Shown: in pieces, positions 9,986 through 18,593 of the stretch
Layout: each line of letters begins with the position of its first letter
Numbering within the stretch: position 1 is the stretch's first letter
NCBI GenBank assembly: GCA_965248355.1
Contig: OZ252098.1
Span: 4,928,001-4,992,000 of the forward strand
Length of the DNA: 64,000 nucleotides
Direction: 5' to 3'
Source of the DNA: Candidatus Latescibacterota bacterium
GTDB taxonomy: Bacteria > Latescibacterota > UBA2968 > UBA8231
The notes under the pieces: generated by a model
The model's input: only the letters and a program-made list of their open reading frames with translations
Told to the model about the DNA's origin: nothing
Databases searched by the model: none
Program-made: the position numbers and the translations under genes

Positions 9986-10357
9986 ATGCCAAACCCCGTG
10001 GTGCACTTCGAGATCACCGGCAAGGACGCCGAGGCCCTGCAGCAGTACTACCGCGACCTCTTCGGCTGGAGTCTCACCCCCATGGCCCCGGACGTGCCCT
10101 ACGGCCTCGTCGGCCCGGAGGAGACCGGCGGCGGCATCGGCGGAGGCGTCGGCGCGAGCATGGACGGCACTCCCATGCTCACCTTCTACGTGCAGGTCGA
10201 CGACATCCAGGCCGCCCTGGACCGGGCCGCCGAGCTCGGCGGTGAGATCGTGGTGCCTCCCACTGTCATCCCGGGGGCCGTCACCTACGCCCTCTTCAAG
10301 GACATGGAGGGAAACATCGTGGGACTCGCCGCCTCGGAGACGCCGCCGGCCGAGTGA
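9986..10357 (+). CDS. VOC/glyoxalase family protein
   Basis: MPNPVVHFEI, LFGW, YVQVDDI and FKDMEGN.VGL motifs. Confidence 0.88.
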   Translation: MPNPVVHFEITGKDAEALQQYYRDLFGWSLTPMAPDVPYGLVGPEETGGGIGGGVGASMDGTPMLTFYVQVDDIQAALDRAAELGGEIVVPPTVIPGAVTYALFKDMEGNIVGLAASETPPAE

Positions 10358-10404
10358 GGCGACAGCTCCGGCTGACGGCGCCCGGCGCGCCGGGGAGGCC
10401 GCCT

Positions 10405-10932
10405 TCAGTGCTGGAGCTTGCGGTATTCCCGGCAAGACTCTTCAAGAGATGGCGGCGCGGGATCCCTGAGTTGTTGGGCCTCATGGCACATCCGGTACAG
10501 TTTGTCCGCCAAAGGACGGGGATTCGTGGACTTCCAGGCCCTGTACTCCAGTGTCTCGTCAATCGATTCGCCGTCTATGTAGGCAAACCAGGTCTCGATA
10601 TTGCGCCGCGGGACGAGGATGATCACGGGGTCCTTTGAGGTTCTTGCGGGTACCCCTTGGCGGCCGCACTCCTCATCGAGCTGAGATCTCCGTTGCTCCG
10701 TCGTGTGCTGATCCGCGTCGGTGACGACGATCAGGAAGGCGTCTTGTCGGCTGCGAATGGCCTTCAGTTGATTGGGGTACCTCTCCCGAACCCATTGCTC
10801 GCCGGACTGGGACCCGTGAGGTACCGGCAGCGTTGTGATGTCGTGAGCTCTGAATGGTCGACGCCGCAGGAATCGGCGTACGAAGGAGTCTGTTGGAGTG
10901 TCCTCGCAGACCAGTACGATGCGGGCGCTCAT
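10405..10932 (-). CDS. Hypothetical protein, TOPRIM-like (DUF4276/RloB-like) partner of the ATPase
   Basis: IVLVCED, IVVTDAD and PRRNIETW acidic motifs; ATG overlaps the ATPase stop (ATGA at 10929-10932). Confidence 0.6.
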   Translation of the reverse strand: MSARIVLVCEDTPTDSFVRRFLRRRPFRAHDITTLPVPHGSQSGEQWVRERYPNQLKAIRSRQDAFLIVVTDADQHTTEQRRSQLDEECGRQGVPARTSKDPVIILVPRRNIETWFAYIDGESIDETLEYRAWKSTNPRPLADKLYRMCHEAQQLRDPAPPSLEESCREYRKLQH

Positions 10933-12029
10933 TCCCACCGTCTCGCCATGGTCTCGGACAGCGACAGACCGTCGACGACACTCTTCGGTTCCTTGCTCAC
11001 CCGCACCGGGCCGTCCCCGTCGCGGAAGAACCACCTGCCGCCGGCTCCCGCCATGTAGTCGATCGTCACCGGGTGATGCGAGGCGACGACTACCTGTCCC
11101 AAGGATTCCCCGACCCGCTCGACCGCCTCGGCGAGCCAAGGCTGTACCTCCCCAAGGGCGAGGTAGTTGTCGGGTTCGTCGATGAACAGGGATACACGGC
11201 GGTCCGAAGAGAGATGGGTCAGGCTGTACATGGCGATCAGGGCTCGCTGGCCATCGGAGAGTTGATCGAAACCGTAGCGGACCGGCTCGGATGAGGGGCC
11301 TCGGAAGATCGCCTTGAGAGCCCGGGAGTTCTCACCGGACTCCGTGAGATTGATGGAGTCGAAGCCCGGAAGCGCTTCACGGAGGACTGCGAAGAGCGAG
11401 ACGATGGAGCTCATGTTTTCCTGCGCGGCGCGTCGGTACCAGCCGACGAAGTTTTCCATCAAGGGCTCGAGGAACTCGTCCTCGGTTCTCGTCTCCGGTG
11501 CCATGATCGGCGGGCAGCAGCCGACGATGATGTAGTTGGCGAGGTCCTTCTTGAACCGGGTCAGCTTCTTGTTGTCGGGTCTTTCGTTCAGGAAGCCAAT
11601 CCCCGACTGGGACCAGTCAAAGGGATACGAAGGGCCTCTCATGTAGTCGTCGTGGTACAGCTGCGCCTCTCCGCCCTTGAATTCGAATATGGGGTAGCCC
11701 TCGTGTTCGAGTGTTTCTTCCCAGACTCGCATCTTGCCAAGAGAGAGGTCATGCTGCACAGTGAGCGAGTAGCGGTAGGCTTCGTCGTCGAGGCGGGTCT
11801 CGATTTCCAACCGCTGTTCGTTGCGCTGGCCCTTGAGAGAAAGGTCCCGGGCGGGGAACACTTCCTCCACCCTCGCTCCGCGGACGACCAGGTTCTGGAT
11901 TTTGCTGAGCACGTTCAGGACGGAGGTCTTGCCCGTACCATTCCTGCCCAGAAGGACATTCGCCTCTTCCAGCTCGAGTTCAAAGTTCTCCAGGCACCGG
12001 AAGTTGTCGACGTAAAGTCTTGTCAGCAC
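10929..12029 (-). CDS. AAA_21/AbiEii-like ABC-family ATPase
   Basis: VDNFRCL, GRNGTGKT (Walker A), LSDGQR (signature), FIDEPDNYL (Walker B) and ASHHP; no TM domain. Confidence 0.88.
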   Translation of the reverse strand: MLTRLYVDNFRCLENFELELEEANVLLGRNGTGKTSVLNVLSKIQNLVVRGARVEEVFPARDLSLKGQRNEQRLEIETRLDDEAYRYSLTVQHDLSLGKMRVWEETLEHEGYPIFEFKGGEAQLYHDDYMRGPSYPFDWSQSGIGFLNERPDNKKLTRFKKDLANYIIVGCCPPIMAPETRTEDEFLEPLMENFVGWYRRAAQENMSSIVSLFAVLREALPGFDSINLTESGENSRALKAIFRGPSSEPVRYGFDQLSDGQRALIAMYSLTHLSSDRRVSLFIDEPDNYLALGEVQPWLAEAVERVGESLGQVVVASHHPVTIDYMAGAGGRWFFRDGDGPVRVSKEPKSVVDGLSLSETMARRWE

Positions 12030-12086
12030 GAGGGTTACCTCTTGCGGGAGAGAACATCCCGGCCACTACCCCGGCCACTTCCTGCC

Positions 12087-12115
12087 AAGGTCGCCGAGAG
12101 GACATTCTCTGTCAA
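12087..12115 (-). promoter_or_regulatory. Candidate sigma70 promoter for the ATPase operon
   Basis: TTGACA-17 nt-GACCTT on the minus strand; the -10 element is weak. Confidence 0.35.
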
Positions 12116-12138
12116 GTTGCGCCTCTTCTGGTGCCGCC

Positions 12139-14238
12139 TCAGATGCGGGTCTCGCCAATCGGCCAGGCCAGCGTCAGCATTCCCAGGTAGGCCTCGTACA
12201 TGTGTTGAACGTTGCCCACGTAGTGCACGGGCTGGCCGCCGCGGCAGAAACCGTAGCGCGCCCGCTTGTAGTAGGCCGGCTTGGCGAGCAGCTTCATGGC
12301 CCGTTCCACGTGGCCGAACCACTGGTTGGAGTCCCAGCCCTTCTCGCGGGCCAGCCGGCGGGCGTCGAGCACGTGTCCGTACCCGACGTTGTAGGAGGCC
12401 AGCGCGAGCCGTACCCGTTCCTCCATGGGGAGGGCGGCATCGAAGCGTTTGACGAGCTGGTGCATGTACTTGACGCCGGCGTGGATGTTGTCCTCCGGGT
12501 CGTGGAGATCGTCGAACCCAAGCTCGCGGCCGGTGTCGGGCATGATCTGCATCAGCCCGAGAGCGCCCACCCAGCTGGAGGCCTGGGGATCGAACCTGGA
12601 TTCCTGGTACATCTGCGCGGTGATCAGGCGCCAGTCCTGGCCGTACTGGCGGGCGTACTTCTTCACCAGGTCGTCGTAGGGGGAGAGGCGCCCGCCCAGA
12701 TCGACGCGTAGCGAGTCCTTCGCCTTGGCGATGGTACGCTGGTGCTTGAAATACCGGTTTTTCATCATGTTGAAGAACAGGCCGCCCTTCTCCCCTTCCA
12801 CATACTGGTCGAGCGCCGCCAGCAGGGCCGGGTTGTCCTTGCGCACCGCCCACCCCAGGACGGTGGGCTTTATGCTGAAGGCCGCCTTGAGCCGGAGGCC
12901 GTAGGCGAGCTCCACGTCGAGCAGGTTGGAATCGCACAGGGTGATGTCGTAGGCGCCCTCGTCGACGCCGGCGAGGATCTCCTCGGTCTCGAGGGTGTCG
13001 GAGACCAGGGCGATCTCGAAGCCGATGGAATCCCGGAGGGCCTTCAAGGTGGTATGGAAGGAGGAGCTTGGGCGTACGTGGACGGTACGGCCGGCCAGGT
13101 CCCCGAGACTGGTGATCGAATCCTCGCCGACGCGCACCACCACCAGCTCGTCCACCTCGTTGTAGGGAAGGGAATAGGCCGCCTGCGCCTGCCGCTCCGG
13201 CGTGATGGTCATGGCCGCGGCGACCACGTCCCCCCTGCCTTCGTTGAGATAGGTCAGCAGGTCGGCGTGGCTGTCGGGGATGACGATATCGAGGCGCAGG
13301 CCGTGCTGCTCGGCGAATCTCTTCATCAGCTCGTATTCGAACCCCACCTGGCGGCCCCGGTGTATGAAGTAGGTCATCGGGTTGTTGCGCGTGATCATGC
13401 GCAGCCGGCCGTGCTCCTTCAATCCGGGCAGATCGTCGGTGAAGGCTTTCGGGGACTGGCGGCTGAACCGCCGCGCCAGCAGGTAATCGTCGATTCGGGT
13501 CTTGAGTTGTGTGTCGCCGGGCCGCATCATCAGGGCGATGGGGCGGTTCTCTGCGAGCACCAGCGGCGTGGCCATGTTGGGGTAGTGGCTCGACACGCCC
13601 CGCCAGATGTGCTCGTCGGATACGGTCGCCTCATAGTCGCCGCGAAGGATCCCTTCCACGAGGAGATCGAGACCGAGCTTCTCCGGCGCCTCGTGAATGC
13701 GCAGGGACGGCACCTGCTGCTGAAGGTCCACCAGGGTCTGGTAGTGGGAGCTGGAACGCCGGACCCCGATCTCCATGTCCGCCAGATCCTCGATCGTCTC
13801 CGGCAGGCTGTCGCCGGCCTTCGTGATCAGGTACTCGTCCACGTGGAGATAGGGCAGGGAAAAGGCCGCCCGCTCCTGCCGCTCGGGCGTAATCGTCAGG
13901 CTGGCCGCGACGATGTCCCCTTCGCCCTCCAGCAGCTTCGTCATCATCTCGGCGAAGCTTCCGACCTTGACCAGCTCCAGCCTCAGCTTGAGGCCCTCGG
14001 ACAGGCCGTGGGCGACATCGTAGTCGAGGGTTACCGGTTCGCCGAGCCTGGGTATGTGGGCGATCGGCTCCGGGGGAACGATGACGCGCAGGACGCCGCG
14101 CTCCTGCAACACCGGAAGGTCGCCGGTGTACCTGGGCGGTGGCGGCGGTGACTCCGGCGGCGGCGGCGCCGGCTGGCTGCACTGGACGAGGGCGGAAAGG
14201 GCGAGCACCGCGGGAAGGAGTGTCCGGGCAAGATGCAT
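12139..14238 (-). CDS. mltF: MltF-like lytic murein transglycosylase with two solute-binding (SBP_bac_3) domains
   Basis: Signal/lipobox-like LVQC; two ...G.LR... PBP domains; SLT motifs YQESRFDP, GALGLMQIMP and LASYNVG. Confidence 0.8.
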   Translation of the reverse strand: MHLARTLLPAVLALSALVQCSQPAPPPPESPPPPPRYTGDLPVLQERGVLRVIVPPEPIAHIPRLGEPVTLDYDVAHGLSEGLKLRLELVKVGSFAEMMTKLLEGEGDIVAASLTITPERQERAAFSLPYLHVDEYLITKAGDSLPETIEDLADMEIGVRRSSSHYQTLVDLQQQVPSLRIHEAPEKLGLDLLVEGILRGDYEATVSDEHIWRGVSSHYPNMATPLVLAENRPIALMMRPGDTQLKTRIDDYLLARRFSRQSPKAFTDDLPGLKEHGRLRMITRNNPMTYFIHRGRQVGFEYELMKRFAEQHGLRLDIVIPDSHADLLTYLNEGRGDVVAAAMTITPERQAQAAYSLPYNEVDELVVVRVGEDSITSLGDLAGRTVHVRPSSSFHTTLKALRDSIGFEIALVSDTLETEEILAGVDEGAYDITLCDSNLLDVELAYGLRLKAAFSIKPTVLGWAVRKDNPALLAALDQYVEGEKGGLFFNMMKNRYFKHQRTIAKAKDSLRVDLGGRLSPYDDLVKKYARQYGQDWRLITAQMYQESRFDPQASSWVGALGLMQIMPDTGRELGFDDLHDPEDNIHAGVKYMHQLVKRFDAALPMEERVRLALASYNVGYGHVLDARRLAREKGWDSNQWFGHVERAMKLLAKPAYYKRARYGFCRGGQPVHYVGNVQHMYEAYLGMLTLAWPIGETRI

Positions 14239-14265
14239 GGAGTCGCCTCCTCGATGACGGGTCGC

Positions 14266-15465
14266 TCAGGGCCCGGGGAACAGGTTCAGGGCCAGTGAGC
14301 GGAAGTCCGGCAGTCGGTGGAAGGTGATCAGATCGTTGTCGTGCTGATCGCGTCCGTTGCGCGAAGTGCGCGAGACGATGAGGAGATCCTGACCGTCGAT
14401 GAGCGGGGTGGTGTAGTTGAAGGCCTGGGCGGGGCTCGGCCACTGGGCGACGCAGCCGGCGGGAAACCAGTTGAGGGCGTCGACGCCGTAGGAGAGCATG
14501 AGGAACCGGCGCTCGTTGCCCGGCGTGCCCCGGAAGCCGGGCTGTTTCGCCACTCCGCAGCCACCCGAATCCTGGGTCCGCGTCGGCAGGTTGCTCACCA
14601 TCCAGTACAGTCGGGTCGGCTCGTCGTGGATGATGTGGAAGTGGTTCTGCCCTCCCGGCGTGGGATGGAACTGCGCGAACGTCAGGTCCAGGCGTTTTCC
14701 GTCGTCGGCCAGATCGCAGACTGCCGCCATTCCCGGGGTGGTGTAACCGTCGAGCCGCAGGCGCGCGATGGCGCGCAGCCCGTCCCCTGTGTCGACGACG
14801 TTGGGCTCGAGCCAGTGATCCCTGTCCCGCGTCCTCCCGGGCCGCACGAGTTCCGCGGGCGTGCCGGGATAGACCAGGTCGCCGGAGCGGCGCCAAGCCG
14901 CCGGAGAGGTCAGGTCCGCGGACAAGTCGCCGGCCACCGCCAGGAGTCGAGACCCCTTGCGGTTGAACTGGCCCGCGGTATTGGCGGCGCCGAAGGCCCA
15001 GTAGAGCCATCCGTCCTTCTCCGCCATTCCGGATGCGGCGGCGTAGAACAAACCCTCGAACAACCGCGCGGGCTCGGTCCAGTCTTCTCCACCGTCGTCC
15101 GACCGGCTGATCCAGATGCCACTGCGCTCCGGCCCGACGCCCAGGTAGTAGACGGATCCATCCCGCAGGAACAGTCGTCCCGCGAGAAAAGGCAGCCGGC
15201 ACAGCTCCCCCCAGGAGGATCCTTCGTCTGGGCTCGAGTACACGCTCAGCGTGTCGGGCCCCAGCCGTTGGCGGGTAACCCTCGGGGAATCGGCACCGCT
15301 AACGAGACGGGGACAGGCGCACAACAAACGCCCGTCCGGAAGCCGCACGAGGGACGGCGCGTCGGTGATCACATCCGGCTCGGGGACCGTGTCGATGACC
15401 GCGAATTCGTCGGTGAGGGGGCGGCGCCAGCGGCAGTAACGGGGGCTCGTCACCATGTTCGCCAT
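14266..15465 (-). CDS. Sialidase-like BNR/Asp-box beta-propeller protein
   Basis: Asp-boxes SSPDEGSSW, SRSDDGGEDW and SYGVDALNW. Start position uncertain. Confidence 0.65.
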   Translation of the reverse strand: MANMVTSPRYCRWRRPLTDEFAVIDTVPEPDVITDAPSLVRLPDGRLLCACPRLVSGADSPRVTRQRLGPDTLSVYSSPDEGSSWGELCRLPFLAGRLFLRDGSVYYLGVGPERSGIWISRSDDGGEDWTEPARLFEGLFYAAASGMAEKDGWLYWAFGAANTAGQFNRKGSRLLAVAGDLSADLTSPAAWRRSGDLVYPGTPAELVRPGRTRDRDHWLEPNVVDTGDGLRAIARLRLDGYTTPGMAAVCDLADDGKRLDLTFAQFHPTPGGQNHFHIIHDEPTRLYWMVSNLPTRTQDSGGCGVAKQPGFRGTPGNERRFLMLSYGVDALNWFPAGCVAQWPSPAQAFNYTTPLIDGQDLLIVSRTSRNGRDQHDNDLITFHRLPDFRSLALNLFPGP

Positions 15466-15571
15466 GGGCCAAATCTAGCGGGGACCCTGGCTCAGGACAA
15501 GCTGCCGGGTTAGAATCAATCTCTCTTGGGAAGTCAAGGTACCTGATCTGAATAATCTGAATCTGAGCGAA

Positions 15572-16531
15572 ATGACGCGCGATCTCTCATCCCGTGGAGA
15601 CGTCCTGGTGACCGGGGGGGCGGGATTCATCGGCAGTCACCTTGTCGATCTGCTGGTGGAAACCGGCCACCGGGTCTACGTCGTCGATACACTGGAAACG
15701 GGAGACGCCGGCAACCTCCACCCGTCGGCGGAGTTGATCGAAGCCGATGTCCGCGACGACTCCCTTGGCAGGATCGTCGCCGGCATCGCGCCAAGGGCGG
15801 TGTTCCACCTGGCCGCCCAGGCCAGCGTCGCCGTGTCGGCCAGAGATCCCACGCTCGACGCCCAGGTCAACCTGATGGGCTCCCTGAACCTGCTGCAGGC
15901 CGTGCTCCCTCTGGCGGACAAGCCGAGGTTCATCTTCTTCTCGACCGGCGGCGCCATCTACGGCGACCTCAAGGAAGGGGAGCTGCCGGCGCGGGAGTCG
16001 ATGGAAGCGAAACCGCTGTCGCCGTACGGAGCGTCGAAACTGGCCGTGGAGTCATACCTGCGCGTCTACGGGCACCTCCATGGCATCGACTACGCGATCG
16101 TGCGGCCCTCCAATGTCTACGGTCCGCGCCAGGACCCGAAAGGCGAGGCCGGGGTCATCGCCATCTTCGCGCAGGCCATGCTCCAAGGCCGGCCGGTGAC
16201 CATCTTCGGCGACGGAGAGGATGTGCGGGACTACATCTACGTGTCCGACCTGGTGGAAGGAGTCATGGCGGTGTACCGCTCCGGACGGCCGGGGCCGTAC
16301 AACCTCGGCACGGGAACCGCGGTTTCCGTAAACGAGCTGTATGCCTCGCTAGGCGAACTGATACCGGATCATCCGGGGGCGACTCACGGGCCGCCGCGGC
16401 CCGGGGACATCCCCAGGATCTGGCTGGATGTGGCCGCTGCCGGGAGGGATCTGGGTTGGCGGGCCGGGACTTCCCTTCAGGAGGGGCTGCGCCGGACGGT
16501 GGACTGGTTCAAACAGGGAGCGGCCCGTTAG
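15572..16531 (+). CDS. NAD-dependent nucleotide-sugar epimerase (UDP-glucose 4-epimerase-like)
   Basis: VTGGAGFIGS, HLAAQ, STGGAIYG, YGASK and NVYGPRQ motifs. Confidence 0.9.
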   Translation: MTRDLSSRGDVLVTGGAGFIGSHLVDLLVETGHRVYVVDTLETGDAGNLHPSAELIEADVRDDSLGRIVAGIAPRAVFHLAAQASVAVSARDPTLDAQVNLMGSLNLLQAVLPLADKPRFIFFSTGGAIYGDLKEGELPARESMEAKPLSPYGASKLAVESYLRVYGHLHGIDYAIVRPSNVYGPRQDPKGEAGVIAIFAQAMLQGRPVTIFGDGEDVRDYIYVSDLVEGVMAVYRSGRPGPYNLGTGTAVSVNELYASLGELIPDHPGATHGPPRPGDIPRIWLDVAAAGRDLGWRAGTSLQEGLRRTVDWFKQGAAR

Positions 16532-16540
16532 GTGGTCACC

Positions 16541-17302
16541 ATGGATGTGCGCACCATCCTGAGATGGATACTGCCGAAACCAGTCCGGGAAGCCTTGCGC
16601 TCGGTCCGCGGCCGTGTGCGCATGCGGCGCATTGGAGTCCGCAAGTTGGAAAGGATGCCGGGTGTCGTCTACGTGGGATCCGCCTATGGCGGCTACGCCA
16701 TACCTGCGGAGTTGGTCCGGGGGGGCACCGGACTGAGCTTCGGGGCCGGAGAGGATATCAGTTTTGAAGTCGGCCTCGCCACGGAACTGGGGGCGACTGT
16801 GCATATCTATGACCCCACGCCAAGGGCGATCGACTATTGCAGACGGGTCATCTCCGGACAGGATGCCAAGGAAGAGGGACAACTATTCATCCATCCCTAT
16901 GGGGTGTGGTCGGAGTGCAAGACGGAGAGATTCTACGCCCCTTCGGATCCGGAACATGTGAGCCACTCCATTGTCAACCTGCAGGACACCAGCGACTACT
17001 TCGAGGCGGAGTGTCTGTCCCCTGAAGAGATCCTGCGTCGGCTCGAACTGGAGAGGGTGTCCTTCGTGAAGCTCAATATTGAAGGGGCCGAGTACGAGGT
17101 GGTGGAGGCGATGTTCGACAGGAACATCAAGCCAGATGTGGTATGCATCACCTTGGACGAGCTGCACTCGCCGATGGATGGGGATGCCACGGGCAGGCTG
17201 CAAAGCCTGGTGAGGCGGTTCATCGCGGAATCGTACGCGCCGGTGAGTGCAGGTGAGTGTAAGGCCACTCTTGTTCGGCGGCAGGGAATCAGGAAGTCTT
17301 GA
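16541..17302 (+). CDS. FkbM family methyltransferase
   Basis: SFGAGEDISFE, YDPTP and KLNIEGAEY motifs; alternative GTG start at 16532. Confidence 0.8.
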   Translation: MDVRTILRWILPKPVREALRSVRGRVRMRRIGVRKLERMPGVVYVGSAYGGYAIPAELVRGGTGLSFGAGEDISFEVGLATELGATVHIYDPTPRAIDYCRRVISGQDAKEEGQLFIHPYGVWSECKTERFYAPSDPEHVSHSIVNLQDTSDYFEAECLSPEEILRRLELERVSFVKLNIEGAEYEVVEAMFDRNIKPDVVCITLDELHSPMDGDATGRLQSLVRRFIAESYAPVSAGECKATLVRRQGIRKS

Positions 17303-18507
17303 GCGTGGATCCCGGGCGGGGCCTAAACCGAATGGAATCGCCGAGCAAGATGCGCGATTCAAAGAGTGCGACTAGGGGGAAGTCGGTGATGATTATTCAA
17401 AGGATCATACCCCACTACAGGGTTTCCCTGTTTCGAGCCTTGTCGCAACTTCCAGATCTTGACCTTGTTGTCGTTCATGGAACCAAGTCTCTGGATTCTG
17501 GACACACAGTCCATGAAGGCGGGCTGCCCTTCAAGACGGCCATCGCCCAGTGGTACAGGGTCTCCATGTTTGGCTTTACCGCCACCCTGCAGCCCGGCAG
17601 TTTGTCCGCCGTCAGGTCCTTCCCTTCTCAGGTAGTCATTGCGGAGGGGACCTTCAACATCCTGACCAATTTCCTGGTGGCCCTCTACTGCCGGCTAACT
17701 GGCCGGAAATTCATCTGGTGGGTGGGAGCTTGGGAGCGACCTGAACGGAGAGCTTGGGCTCGCCGGCTTATTCGCGGGTTTACATGGCTGGCCCTGAAGC
17801 CAGCCAGTGCATTCATTGCTTACGGAACAGTGGCTAGAGACTACTTGATCGGACTGGGCGCGTCACCGCGAAAAATCCATATCGCACACAATACCATCGA
17901 CACGGACGAGATTTCCTCCAACTTGGCCCGCCACCTGCGGGATGGCCACAGCTTAAGGCGGGGGTTGGGAATTGAGGACAAGAAAGTCATCTTGAGCGTA
18001 GGTGCCCTGCTTCCCCAGAAGCGGGTCGATACCCTGATACGCGCCTATTCGAATGTCCGCAGGGGATGCCCCGACATCGCTCTCGTCATCGTGGGGGACG
18101 GCTCCTCACGGAATGCCTTGGAAGAGCTGGTCCAATGCCTTGGCGTGGAGGATGTGTTCTTTGCCGGTAGGATCGAGGAATCAAATCCCTATTTTGCCAT
18201 GGCAGACCTCTTCGTACTTCCCGGATTGGGAGGTTTGGCATTGAATCAAGCCATGGCCTTTGGGAAGCCTGTGATCTGCTCGGAGGCGGATGGAACTGAA
18301 CGCGACTTGGTGATCGAAGGGGTGAATGGGCACATTGTGAAACCGGGTGATGAGGAGGAGCTTGCTGCAGTGTTGGCAGACCTCCTTTCGGACGAAGAGC
18401 GGCTGAGAGAGATGGGGGAGGGATCTCTAAGAATCGTAAGAGAGAGAATCAATTTCGAGAATATGGTAGGGGAGTTCTCCAAGGCAATCCACTCTGTTTG
18501 CAGGTAG
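17299..18507 (+). CDS. Glycosyltransferase family 4
   Basis: IPHYR, SVGALLPQKRV, IVGDG and GGLALNQAMAFGKPVI motifs. Start uncertain. Confidence 0.88.
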   Translation: MSVDPGRGLNRMESPSKMRDSKSATRGKSVMIIQRIIPHYRVSLFRALSQLPDLDLVVVHGTKSLDSGHTVHEGGLPFKTAIAQWYRVSMFGFTATLQPGSLSAVRSFPSQVVIAEGTFNILTNFLVALYCRLTGRKFIWWVGAWERPERRAWARRLIRGFTWLALKPASAFIAYGTVARDYLIGLGASPRKIHIAHNTIDTDEISSNLARHLRDGHSLRRGLGIEDKKVILSVGALLPQKRVDTLIRAYSNVRRGCPDIALVIVGDGSSRNALEELVQCLGVEDVFFAGRIEESNPYFAMADLFVLPGLGGLALNQAMAFGKPVICSEADGTERDLVIEGVNGHIVKPGDEEELAAVLADLLSDEERLREMGEGSLRIVRERINFENMVGEFSKAIHSVCR

Positions 18508-18593
18508 AGACTGGCCATGGCAAAGCAGTAAGGCGCAAGGTCTTGCGCTGCTCGCGAGGGGCTGTGCCTACAAGAGGAGGCAGGAGGCACAGA

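Noticed and set aside
10363..10420. Imperfect inverted repeat between the VOC gene and the ATPase partner gene
   Set aside because: It may be a terminator, but it is bulged, lacks a U-tract and overlaps coding sequence. Not enough for an ncRNA or mobile-element end.
15546..15566. Three ATCTGA copies upstream of the epimerase
   Set aside because: Short and irregularly spaced; cannot be told apart from chance in an AT-rich promoter region.
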